Source: an uncultured Bacteroidia bacterium (GTDB taxonomy: Bacteria > Bacteroidota > Bacteroidia > NS11-12g > UBA9320). Taken from it: a stretch of 64,000 nt of DNA. Position 1 is the first letter of the stretch; every line of letters begins with the position of its first letter. A program made the translations under genes and the position numbers. The stretch covers positions 329,412-393,411 of the forward strand of contig CALSTB010000005.1 in the NCBI GenBank assembly GCA_943789165.1, in the 5' to 3' direction. Under the pieces are notes generated by a model. The model was not told the origin of the DNA. It made no database searches and saw nothing but the letters and a program-made list of their open reading frames with translations. Below, piece by piece: positions 20,779 through 30,149 of this stretch.

Positions 20779-21705
20779 TGGTCTGATGTTTCTTTAACTC
20801 CTTGAGGTGATTTGCCAAAAGGGGCGTTGGTGCCTTTGATTGAATATACAAATGCAGAAACAGCTCGAATGTCTTTGGGGTTTAAAGCGTTTTTCCAAGG
20901 TACCATCCCTTTTCCTTCAACACCATCAATTATTACACCAGTAATGTCTTTTCGTGAACCACCGTTAAGAAAAAAATCATCTGTGAGATTTGGTCCGACA
21001 ATACCTTGACCATTTTGACCATGGCAGGCTTGACAATTGTTCTGAAATATCTGTTGTCCTTTTTCGATTACAGTTTCCATTTCATTGGTGTCAATTTCTT
21101 CAAAATAACTGGCCATTTTTAGGCTGTCTATCAGCGCTCGGTTTCTATTCCATTCTGCAGTTTGTAGACTATCACGCCTCATTTTTTCTGGACTTGCTGG
21201 TATTTGGTTTAGATAAGCGATTAATGCAAGAATTTCTTTTTGTTCACATACAATACCGAATTTCTTTAAATCATGAGTTACGGTCTTACTTTCATTTATT
21301 AACTTGGTCATCAAGTGTTTATCTGTTTGACCAGTTTTGTACATGTGTGACACATAGTTTAAAAATACAGTATCAAACGATTGCTCATGTAAATGAGAAT
21401 AGGATGTTTTTTTTAGTGTTAGGAATCATATCAGAAGGGTTTAAAAGGTAATGGTGTAACCACGTGTAATCAAACTTATTACCTAACCCATCAAGACTGA
21501 TTATTTTGTTACTGCTCTTGTCAACCTGTAAAGTATGGCAGGTGTTACATTTTTCACGTTCATAAATTGCCTGCCCGTATATGTGTAAAATAGCGGTGTC
21601 TAGATCATGAGAATTGTTGTCTGACTCTACTTTCTGTGAGGCACACATTAAAAAGAGAACAGTAACAAATGATATTAATAACCCGACTATCGGTTTTGAT
21701 TTCAT
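20775..21705 (-). pseudogene. Diheme cytochrome c, fusion of cbb3 CcoO-like and CcoP-like domains, split by one extra base in an A8 run (21407-21414)
   Basis: Two CxxCH motifs (CNTCH, CQACH). CcoO-like 'G..IY.RE.C..CH', 'W...L.NP....P' and 'ALIAYL'. CcoP-like 'GPNLTD...GG' and 'GMVPW...GTN...K.PQG'. An A7 run gives a continuous 309-aa ORF (…PNTKKTSYSHLHEQSFDTVFLNYVSHMYK…). Confidence 0.8.
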
Positions 21706-22176
21706 AAGATATCAGTCGTTGTGGATTTACAGTACTTTAACCTTCATTGCTTTCGCATTTAAATATTTGATTTCAAACTTAGCATGAACCAATTTTTGTT
21801 GTGCTTTGACTTGGTACAATGTGAGTATATTTGATTTAATCTGCCAGGTTCCCTTGTAGAGGGTTTGAGGTTGACTGTTTCCGCAAAGCACATACGGTAA
21901 TTCTTCGCAAACGCACCATTTCTCCTAAATAATATACCCACCTGCGATAAGTTAGATCTGTAAGATTTGACTTGAATCTGCAACGGCTATCATTGACCCG
22001 TTAACGTCAACTCTCCTTGCGGTAATCCGTATTGTTTGTTGCGGTCAACCACCCAAGTTTCGATCGACTAAGTCTAGCGGGTTGATCCCGATTTCGGACA
22101 CGGTACAGGTTTGCTCGACCATTAGAGGTTGAAACAGAATATTGAAAGCAAACCCGGTTTCGACCATTGAGAGTGA
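21706..22176 (-). ncRNA. Candidate structured non-coding RNA or 5' leader, family unrecognised
   Basis: No credible ORF. GC is about 45% by hand count over 21841-22170. Several complementary stems, four with G-U pairs only on the minus strand, and GNRA-capped hairpins on the minus strand. Confidence 0.5.
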
Positions 22177-22831
22177 TTACTTAATAAAACCGTACCCCAA
22201 CACCAATTGAACCGTATTGTTCCGTTGGTCGAAATCGAATTGGTGTCCTTTTAACGTGGCAGATTCTGCAATCCGGCCTAGAGCTGGTTTCATACTTACA
22301 ATCAATGGCTAATCGACCCATGTCGAAACCAAAACCCAATTGCAAGGCCCAAGTGCCTCCGTTAAATATTTGTTTGGATTCTTTAAAAAGGAATTCATTT
22401 GTTTGGACCTTATTCTCTAACATCCGTGTGTACACAGGCCCCAAAAGCAATCGTGTATGTTTGGTTGGTGCGTAACCAAATAATAAGGGAATATCAAAAC
22501 GATTTTGTTTTAACGTTAAGATAGAATCAAACTCTGGAGAACTTAACCGCATTTTGGTGTTGTAATTACTTGCCATCAACTGTGGTTGAAAAACAAACTT
22601 GCGTACCTTAAATCGTGTAAAGATGCCCCATGTAATGGCCACATCGGCTTCATCTGTTGCGTATTTATAATTAACGCCGTTAGAGGTGAAGGTTTCTTTG
22701 ATTACAGTCTCCCCATAATTAACTCCTGTAGCAACACCTAAGGCATTAAAAACTTGTGATTGCGCGGTTGAACCAATAATCAGCAGCAATCCAAGACAAA
22801 GCAGGATTTTTAAGTAGTTTGTTATCTGCAT
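22177..22831 (-). CDS. Outer-membrane beta-barrel (PorT/OmpA-like) protein with an apparent one-base insertion near 22282
   Basis: Signal peptide, 'FQPQL', 'DIPLLFGY', 'LGP' and 'LGFGFD..RL.ID.KYE'. Removing one base gives the family-like ending LGRIAESATLKGHQFDFDQRNNTVQLVLGYGFIK, with the stop at 22177-22179. Confidence 0.75.
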
Positions 22832-22869
22832 ACTACAAAAGTAACGGAATCATCAATTACTTTGGTATG

Positions 22870-25272
22870 TTAGAATTTACCGTATAGTGAAATAGTCAGG
22901 TTACGACCAGGTGCCGAAATACCCGAACTATAGGGTCTGTAGCGTTTGTTCAGGATGTTTTCTAATCCAACATTCAGTCGCAATGATTTTGAAAAAGTTA
23001 CGCCCGTTTTTACGTTTAACGTGAACCACGCTGGTGAATACGGCAAACCATTAACGTCTTTAGCATACAAATGTGCTTTCGATTGTTCTGACGGCGCTAA
23101 CGATTCATTGGCCAATTCCGCGTTGTAATTGGCATAACCAACTACTTTAAACTTACCGCTTTTCCAGGTGATGCTTGAATTGCCAAAATTGGGTGTTATG
23201 TGTCTTAAAGGCACGCCATCACTAGATTCTCCTGAGATTAAGTTGTACGACGTTTTGAAATCTATGTCCTTGGTGAATTCCGTTTTAAACTGAACTTCCA
23301 ATCCGCTTATCCGACCTTCGTCAGCGTTCACCAACGACTGTATGCGCATCATTTGTCCTCCATAGAACAAACTATCACTACCATTAAGCGTATGGTCTTC
23401 GCGGGTGATGACATTGTCAATGATGGTGTAATATCCATTCAGCAATATCTCAAATCGTTTGGCTAGTTGTATGTGAGTGCCAATTTCGGCCGTGTACGAA
23501 TATTCGGGCTGTAGCTGTTCGTTCGGCACCATAACACGGTCTGGTTGGCTATCAAATATTTTACCCATGTCGTCAATATTCGGTGCTCTAAATCCAGTTG
23601 CGACATTGGCGTAAACAAACGACGTTTTATTCACCAAATACCGAAGTCCAACACTGCCACTTACTGCGGATTTGCGAATGTTAATTTCAGTAAATGGGAA
23701 ATCATAGAAACTGTTTTCGAAGGGTGCTATTAAATCAATTAAAGTATAACGCGCACCAATGGTAGTCAGCAACTTTTTCGCAAGGTTTCGTTTTACCGAT
23801 ACGTACCCTGCTATGGTGCTCATAGAACTTCCATTCGGATATCGAGTAGCAATTTCATACGAATATCCAGAATCAATTTGAGATCCTTTGCCTGTCGATT
23901 CGACATAGGTTGCAACCCACTCTAACCCATAAACAATGTCGGTTTTGTTGATTTTTTTATCAAAGTCTAAGTTCAAGGAAATCACATTGACCCTTTCCGT
24001 GTTTTCTTCAAGATTAAAGGATCGGAACCGCCTCACGAGTCGACTTTCTTCGAATGCCTGACGAGCAAGTGTCACCGCTGATTTGTCGAATAGTTTGCCT
24101 CTGGGAGACATGAAGGTAGCCCTCACATTGGTCTGAATCCACTTCTGTGGTCCATACAACCAATCACCATATACGGGTTGTCCGTTTCGACTTTGCAAGA
24201 GTCTGTCGTAACGCGGTATGGGTGATGAAGTCGTATAACCAAAATGAGCCACAATGTCTGTTAAACTATCTGGTTTCCATCTAAACTTTTGGTTGAAGTT
24301 AATTTGGCTGTACCCGGTAAAGTATTGAATGTTTTTATCATCACTTTGAATGATACTATCCGCATTGCCGTTGTATTCGCTGAACGTGTTTCGCGTATAT
24401 TCAGATGGCCCGTTAGTCCCCATTCTTAAGTCGCCGTAGTTAGAAAGAGATATGCTACTCAAACCGGCGATTGTACCCTTCCCATAACTGAGGTCTACAT
24501 GCCAACTGTTTTCTCTATTCGCAGTAGCAGTCCGCAACATCACGTTGCCATCATAATGTGATTGTGAATCGATAGACGGACTTTTTGTTTCAAAGGCCAT
24601 TACTCCCCCCATAGCATCACTTCCGTAAAACACGGAGCCAGGTCCAAATACAATTTGCGTTTCTTGTATTAAGTTCGGGTCAAGGGAAATAATGTTTTGC
24701 AAGTTACCATCTCTAAAAATGGCATTGTTCATGCGTACACCATCCACAACGATTAACACATTGTTGGCTGCGAAACCTCTAATCATTGGACTCCCACCAC
24801 CCATTTGTGATTTTTGAATGTACACCTGATTGCTCAAGCCAAGTAAATCAGCCGTGGTTTGGGGGTCGTAAAAACTGGTTTCCTTTGGTTTTAGTTTGAC
24901 CACCTTGGTGGGCTGGTCTTTTTGAAATTCAAAGTCTTGATTATGTCGAAAAACAAACGGTTCATAACGGTAAGGACCAAATTCTAGTAAGACATGAAAA
25001 CGTTGTTCTTTGAGTTCGGCATACGTCATGGTTAATGTCTTATACGACTGATGTTGAAACACAATGCTGTCGTAATCGACAACAGAAACATCTACAATAC
25101 CATTGGCATCGGAAAAAAATTGTAGTTCTTTAGCGCCTTTGTGCACATACGCTTCTACCTCCTCTACTGGTTCTTCCAGCCCATCTAAAATCTTAATCTT
25201 CTGTGCGTAAGTGTCAACCGTTAAGCATACACAAATGATGCACAGAACTATCCATCTCGTCTGTCTTATCAT
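22870..25272 (-). CDS. TonB-dependent receptor (haem/iron-uptake-like Bacteroidota family)
   Basis: Plug motif 'QKSQMGGGSPMIRGF.AN.VLIVVDGVRMNNAIFR.GN.QN', 'GFRAPN', 'L.PE' and C-terminal 'ENILNKRY...SGISAPGRN...F'. Confidence 0.92.
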   Translation of the reverse strand: MIRQTRWIVLCIICVCLTVDTYAQKIKILDGLEEPVEEVEAYVHKGAKELQFFSDANGIVDVSVVDYDSIVFQHQSYKTLTMTYAELKEQRFHVLLEFGPYRYEPFVFRHNQDFEFQKDQPTKVVKLKPKETSFYDPQTTADLLGLSNQVYIQKSQMGGGSPMIRGFAANNVLIVVDGVRMNNAIFRDGNLQNIISLDPNLIQETQIVFGPGSVFYGSDAMGGVMAFETKSPSIDSQSHYDGNVMLRTATANRENSWHVDLSYGKGTIAGLSSISLSNYGDLRMGTNGPSEYTRNTFSEYNGNADSIIQSDDKNIQYFTGYSQINFNQKFRWKPDSLTDIVAHFGYTTSSPIPRYDRLLQSRNGQPVYGDWLYGPQKWIQTNVRATFMSPRGKLFDKSAVTLARQAFEESRLVRRFRSFNLEENTERVNVISLNLDFDKKINKTDIVYGLEWVATYVESTGKGSQIDSGYSYEIATRYPNGSSMSTIAGYVSVKRNLAKKLLTTIGARYTLIDLIAPFENSFYDFPFTEINIRKSAVSGSVGLRYLVNKTSFVYANVATGFRAPNIDDMGKIFDSQPDRVMVPNEQLQPEYSYTAEIGTHIQLAKRFEILLNGYYTIIDNVITREDHTLNGSDSLFYGGQMMRIQSLVNADEGRISGLEVQFKTEFTKDIDFKTSYNLISGESSDGVPLRHITPNFGNSSITWKSGKFKVVGYANYNAELANESLAPSEQSKAHLYAKDVNGLPYSPAWFTLNVKTGVTFSKSLRLNVGLENILNKRYRPYSSGISAPGRNLTISLYGKF

Positions 25273-25341
25273 ATGTTTGATCTCAACCGCAAATTAACAT
25301 ACTTATTGTGTCAATGTAATGCCAACTTTTATATTTGAAAG

Positions 25342-25569
25342 ATGCAATCCCCAAAGTGGAAATCACTTTTAGTGTTCATTTTTTTAATTAGTCTGGTGTC
25401 AACAACGACTAGTTGCGGTGGAAGGAAGGCAAAAGCATGTCCAGCGTTTTCAGAAGCTGAGCATACCGGTGGGTCAATTGATAAAAATAGGAAACGCAAA
25501 CGTCGCAAGGTGAAACAAGGTGTATTCGATAAAAAAACGTCTCGGAAATATAGAAAACATCGAAAGTAA
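25342..25569 (+). CDS. Small basic lipoprotein of unknown function
   Basis: Hydrophobic signal ending TTS-C, then 'CPAF' and a Lys/Arg-rich tail. A TATATTTG box lies 4 nt upstream. Confidence 0.75.
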   Translation: MQSPKWKSLLVFIFLISLVSTTTSCGGRKAKACPAFSEAEHTGGSIDKNRKRKRRKVKQGVFDKKTSRKYRKHRK

Positions 25570-25677
25570 ATCGATTTGAAATAGGTGTTTCATACATTAA
25601 TAGACCAATACGAGTCACTTGCCGAAAAGTAATTAGGGAACCAAGATAAAAGTACAAATTGCAGCAAATGTAAAATC

Positions 25678-26478
25678 ATGAATGCACACGAAATAGACTA
25701 TCACATACACGGCGAAGAAATGCAATTCGTCGAAATAGAATTGGACCCACAGGAGGCTGTTGTGGCTGAACCGGGAAGTTTTATGTTTATGGACAACGAC
25801 ATCACCATGCAAACAATTTTTGGCGATGGCGCACGAGATACGGATTCATTTTTCGATAAATTATTAAACGCCGGTAAACGTGTGTTGACGGGTGAAAAGC
25901 TGTTTATGACGGCCTTTACCCATGGCGGATCTGGTAAGGCCAAGGTGGCTTTTGCGAGTCCATATCCTGGTCGAATCGTGCCATTAGATTTGTCCCATTT
26001 AGGTGGTAAGCTGATTTGTCAGAAAGACGCTTTCTTATGCGCAGCAAAAGGTGTGTCGGTTGGGATTGAGTTTCAAAAGAAACTAGGCACAGGTTTTTTC
26101 GGTGGTGAAGGATTCATTATGCAAAAACTTGAAGGTGACGGAATGGCGTTTGTTCATGCAGGGGGAACCATCATTGAGCGCAACTTAATGCCAGGTGAGA
26201 CGTTAAAAGTAGATACGGGTTGTATTGTGGCTTTTACAAAAGACGTGAATTACGACATTCAGTTTATTGGTGGCGTGAAGAATACTATTTTTGGCGGAGA
26301 AGGAATGTTCTACGCTACCTTACAAGGACCAGGTACTATTTGGTTGCAAAGTTTACCCTTTAGTAGGTTGGCCAATAGAGTGATTTCTGCCGCACCTAAA
26401 ATTGGTGGACAACGAAAAGGAGAAGGTGGAATTTTAGGAGGAATTGGAAGTTTAATTGACGGAGACAATAGTTTTTAA
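25678..26478 (+). CDS. TIGR00266 / AIM24 family protein
   Basis: '[25 protein letters not shown]', '[17 protein letters not shown]' and 'GPG.IWLQSLP.SRLA'. Confidence 0.92.
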   Translation: MNAHEIDYHIHGEEMQFVEIELDPQEAVVAEPGSFMFMDNDITMQTIFGDGARDTDSFFDKLLNAGKRVLTGEKLFMTAFTHGGSGKAKVAFASPYPGRIVPLDLSHLGGKLICQKDAFLCAAKGVSVGIEFQKKLGTGFFGGEGFIMQKLEGDGMAFVHAGGTIIERNLMPGETLKVDTGCIVAFTKDVNYDIQFIGGVKNTIFGGEGMFYATLQGPGTIWLQSLPFSRLANRVISAAPKIGGQRKGEGGILGGIGSLIDGDNSF

Positions 26479-26487
26479 TAAAACAAT

Positions 26488-28158
26488 ATGCGAAAAATAG
26501 TAACCATCTTATTAGTTGGCATGTATTCATTATCGGTTGCGCAGGACAAGGTGTGGGTGTTTTTTGCCGATAAACCAGATGCTGAAAGCTTTAATCCCCA
26601 TACGTTTTTTGACCAAAAGGCCATCGACCGTAGGGTAAGACACAACATTGATTTGTATGACGTTTCAGATGTTCCGGTGTCAGTTACTTATGTAAAGCAG
26701 GTAGAGAGTATAACTGGAAACTTAGGCGTGCAGAGCAGGTGGTTCAACGCTTTATGTTGTTATGCTACAGAAGAACAAAAAGAAAAAATAAAGGAGTTGC
26801 CATTTGTAACCGCGGTTAAAACGGTTTCAACGATTCAGAAGTTTTGTGCTGGTTATGAAACATTAGCAGAAGACAGCAGTTTTATCCCCAATAAAGATGA
26901 TCATGCGTTTCTCCAAGCCCAAACAGAAAGAATGGGGGCAAGTATTTTTACCGAAAATCAAGTCACCGGTAAAGGGGTAAGGGTGGCAATTTTTGATGTT
27001 GGATTTAAATCGTATAAAACCAATCCGGCGTTTAACCATGTCCGTGCGAATAACAGAATCATCAAGACCTACAACTTTGTTCAGAAGAAAGAAGACGTAG
27101 ACAATGGCGGGACCCATGGAACCTTTGTCACGAGTTGCATCGGTGGAATGATTGAAGGTCAGCAAATGGGTTTAGCGATAGACGCGGAATTCCTTTTAGC
27201 GCGTACAGAAACATGGACCGAATTTTATTCTGAAGAAGAGAATTGGCTAGCTGCCGCTGAATGGGCAGATAAAAATGGCGCTGACGTCATCAATAGTTCT
27301 TTAGGGTATACGTATCACCGGTATTTCAGAGAAGATATGGATGGTACTACGAGTTTGGTGTCGAAAGCTGCTAACATGGCTGCAAGAAAAGGCATTGTGG
27401 TCGTAAATTCTGCCGGTAATGAAGGCGCAGGTCAATGGAAAAACATAGGAACACCAGCAGATGCGGACAGTGTTTTGTCTATAGGTGGTATCAAACCTGA
27501 ATCGGGTATTCATACGTCGTTTAGTTCGTTTGGACCAACCTGGGATAAGCGCTTAAAACCAAATGTAACCGCGTATGGACATGTCATTGGTTCTGGACCT
27601 AAAGGCGTTTCAGAAACACAAGGGACTAGTTTTAGTGGGCCTTTGGTGGCAGGCTTTGTGGCTTGTGCGATTCAAACACGGCCTGGATATACCAACATGC
27701 AAATATTTGAAGAGATTCAAAAGGCTGGGGACCTTTATCCATATTTCGATTATGCGCACGGTTATGGCGTTCCACAAGCACGACATTTCTTTCAAATGCC
27801 TTCGCAGCCGAGACGTACGTTTGTCATAGACGTAGATAACACTTCTATCAACATAGAGTTGGATACAGTAGGCTGGGCAGCTGGTTTAACCAAGTCTAGC
27901 GCGAAAATAGGAGAGCGATATATCCAATGGCCTGATTACGTGTTTTACCATATCGAAAACAAAAATGGGTATTTGGACAAATATTTTGTCGTTAACCCAG
28001 AAGGAGATAAAGGCAAGTTAAGTGATGCAGAAATTCAAATGGCAGGTCGAGGAACTACCTCCTTTTCACCGTTTATCATTTTAAAATCTGAATATGCGAA
28101 GCCATTCACACTGCGTGTATTTTACAAAGGGTACGTGGAATCAGTTGAAATTAAATAA
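26488..28158 (+). CDS. Secreted S8 (subtilisin-like) serine peptidase
   Basis: Catalytic Asp 'VAIFDVGF', His 'HGTFV', oxyanion 'SAGNEG' and Ser 'GTSFSGP'. Signal peptide present. Confidence 0.93.
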   Translation: MRKIVTILLVGMYSLSVAQDKVWVFFADKPDAESFNPHTFFDQKAIDRRVRHNIDLYDVSDVPVSVTYVKQVESITGNLGVQSRWFNALCCYATEEQKEKIKELPFVTAVKTVSTIQKFCAGYETLAEDSSFIPNKDDHAFLQAQTERMGASIFTENQVTGKGVRVAIFDVGFKSYKTNPAFNHVRANNRIIKTYNFVQKKEDVDNGGTHGTFVTSCIGGMIEGQQMGLAIDAEFLLARTETWTEFYSEEENWLAAAEWADKNGADVINSSLGYTYHRYFREDMDGTTSLVSKAANMAARKGIVVVNSAGNEGAGQWKNIGTPADADSVLSIGGIKPESGIHTSFSSFGPTWDKRLKPNVTAYGHVIGSGPKGVSETQGTSFSGPLVAGFVACAIQTRPGYTNMQIFEEIQKAGDLYPYFDYAHGYGVPQARHFFQMPSQPRRTFVIDVDNTSINIELDTVGWAAGLTKSSAKIGERYIQWPDYVFYHIENKNGYLDKYFVVNPEGDKGKLSDAEIQMAGRGTTSFSPFIILKSEYAKPFTLRVFYKGYVESVEIK

Positions 28159-28177
28159 AATACATACGACATTGATA

Positions 28178-28882
28178 ATGAAAAGTTTAATAAAAATAAA
28201 ATTCGCTTTGGTGACGATTGGGTTGCTATTTTTTGCTTCAATAAGTGAAGCACAAACGATCGAATTGGCACAAGACGTGAATGAAGATACTGTCATCTCA
28301 AAATTTGGCAAAAACCGTAAACATTACTTCTCAAGTTATTTTGGATTTGGCATAACACCTGGACAAGTTGAAACAGACTCCATTCAATTGAAGTCAGGTG
28401 AATCTACAAAACTGACTTACGGTTTTTATTATAAATATAAAGTGGCAGAGCCATATAGTATTCTGTTTGCCTTAAGTTATGGACTGTCGCAATTCGAATT
28501 CGAAACACCAGATGATTTTAAGTATAGGAGATTGAACGTAAATGACGTTGAACTCGAATTCGCCAATAGAATCAATTTCGGTAAACGTGGAAACACCATC
28601 GGTAATTACCTAGAATTGGGCATTAGCGGAGATTATGTGTTTGGCACTAAACTTTTGTCAAAACAAATCATTGATGATCCGACGGTTAACCACAAAGCAA
28701 GAAAAGTAGAATTAACAGGTTTGTCATACATCAATAAGCCCAACTATACGGCACATGCACGTTTTGGTTCAAACAAGTATGTTATTACGGCAGATTATCG
28801 CTTGTCTGATTTAACCAACGACGACATCAATTTCGACTTACCACCTTTAACCATTGGTTTTAGGTTGGATTTTGGAGGCTAG
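28178..28882 (+). CDS. Putative outer-membrane beta-barrel protein
   Basis: Signal peptide from ATG 28178, amphipathic strands, and C-terminal 'DYRLSDL...LPPLTIGFRLDF'. Confidence 0.7.
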   Translation: MKSLIKIKFALVTIGLLFFASISEAQTIELAQDVNEDTVISKFGKNRKHYFSSYFGFGITPGQVETDSIQLKSGESTKLTYGFYYKYKVAEPYSILFALSYGLSQFEFETPDDFKYRRLNVNDVELEFANRINFGKRGNTIGNYLELGISGDYVFGTKLLSKQIIDDPTVNHKARKVELTGLSYINKPNYTAHARFGSNKYVITADYRLSDLTNDDINFDLPPLTIGFRLDFGG

Positions 28883-28937
28883 GATTTGGGTTGTTAGGGC
28901 GCTTCGCTTTTGGCGCGTTGGTTTTTTTAAAGATTGG

Positions 28938-30149
28938 TCACTCAGAGCTAATGACGTTAGGAATTTGCGAAGATTCAATTGCGTTCACTATCACCTTGCA
29001 AACCTTCTTAATCTGTCCTTCTGTGATGATGAGTGGTGGAGCAATCCGGAGTTTATCCTCTGCGTACAAAAACCAATCGATAATGACGCCGTTTTTAATG
29101 CATTCGTTTACAACGCGATGCAAGTGCTCTTTGCTTTCAAGTTGAACGCCGAGCATAAATCCCAATCCAGTTATTTCTTGAATGTCTTTATGTACCAACA
29201 GGTCGCGAAACAATTGTGACTTGGCTTCAACCTCTGTGATGTACGGTGATTTGGTCAAAATGTTTAAGTTCTCCAATGCCGCCGCACAGCACACTGGATG
29301 TCCACCAAACGTTGTGATATGACCTAATACTGGGTCGTGGCTCAAACAGTGCATCACTTCCTTCGAAGCGATGAATGCTCCTAATGGCATACCGCCGCCA
29401 AACGCCTTGGCCAAACACAAAATGTCTGGAGTAATATTGGCATGCTCGAAGGCGAATAATTTGCCAGTGCGACCCATACCAGATTGAATTTCATCTACAA
29501 TCAATAAGGCACCCGTTTGTTTACACTTTTGTTCGACAGCTTTTAGAAACGCGTGGTCTCCTTTAATATATCCTGCTTCCCCTTGAACGATTTCAACCAC
29601 CACTCCAGCAGTTTGGTTGTCTATGATATCGAGACTTTCAATGTCGTTGTAGTTTGCAAAATAGGTGTCAGGTAATAAAGGTCTATACGGATTTGAGAAA
29701 TATGGGTCACTCATTAAACTAAGTGCACCAGTACTGCTTCCGTGGTAGGCATTTTTCATGGCCACAAACTTGGTTCGACCAGTGTATCTTTTGGCTAGTT
29801 TTAAAGCACCTTCAATGGCTTCACTTCCCGAGTTGACAAAGTAGGTTGAGTCCAATGAATCGGGTAAAACCTTTGATAACTTGGTGGCCAGTTTGACTTG
29901 TGGTGATTGGATATACTCACCATACACCATGGTGTGCCAATATTTGCCAACCTGTTTTCGTATAGCTTGAGCTACGCGATGGTTGCGATGACCAAGATTG
30001 CTTACGCCAATACCAGAAATCAAATCAACGTATCTCTTTCCCTCCGTGGTCGTTAGATAAATACCTTGGGCTTTTTTAATTTCAAGCGCCATAGGTTCAT
30101 CCGACGTTTGCGCCAAATGTTGGAGAAATATGTTTTTGTGTGATATCAA
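28938..30149 (-). CDS. Class III PLP aminotransferase (ArgD-like)
   Basis: 'NSGSEAIEGALKLA', 'YHG', 'LIVDEIQSGMGRTG', 'PDILCLAKAFGGGMPLGA' and 'TTFGGHP'. Confidence 0.93.
   Translation of the reverse strand: MISHKNIFLQHLAQTSDEPMALEIKKAQGIYLTTTEGKRYVDLISGIGVSNLGHRNHRVAQAIRKQVGKYWHTMVYGEYIQSPQVKLATKLSKVLPDSLDSTYFVNSGSEAIEGALKLAKRYTGRTKFVAMKNAYHGSSTGALSLMSDPYFSNPYRPLLPDTYFANYNDIESLDIIDNQTAGVVVEIVQGEAGYIKGDHAFLKAVEQKCKQTGALLIVDEIQSGMGRTGKLFAFEHANITPDILCLAKAFGGGMPLGAFIASKEVMHCLSHDPVLGHITTFGGHPVCCAAALENLNILTKSPYITEVEAKSQLFRDLLVHKDIQEITGLGFMLGVQLESKEHLHRVVNECIKNGVIIDWFLYAEDKLRIAPPLIITEGQIKKVCKVIVNAIESSQIPNVISSE

Noticed and set aside
21759-21983. 74-aa minus-strand ORF in the intergenic gap
   Set aside because: It has a TTG start, atypical composition and no motif, and it overlaps predicted RNA stems. 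It is probably spurious.
21860-22020. Glycine riboswitch resemblance on the minus strand (GGAGA…GAAG…GAAAC)
   Set aside because: The CCGAAG…CUCAGG pairing is absent and the downstream genes are unrelated to glycine metabolism.
22040-22120. HEARO/omega-RNA-like start (GTCAACCACCC) and c-di-GMP-I-like GCAAACC…GAAA
   Set aside because: There is no IscB, TnpB or HNH gene nearby, and the remaining consensus elements are missing.
21706-22176. RNase P, tmRNA, SRP, or group I/II intron
   Set aside because: I found no GAGGAAAGTCC, tRNA-like ends, SRP CAGG-GGAA-AGCAG core or group II domain V on either strand.
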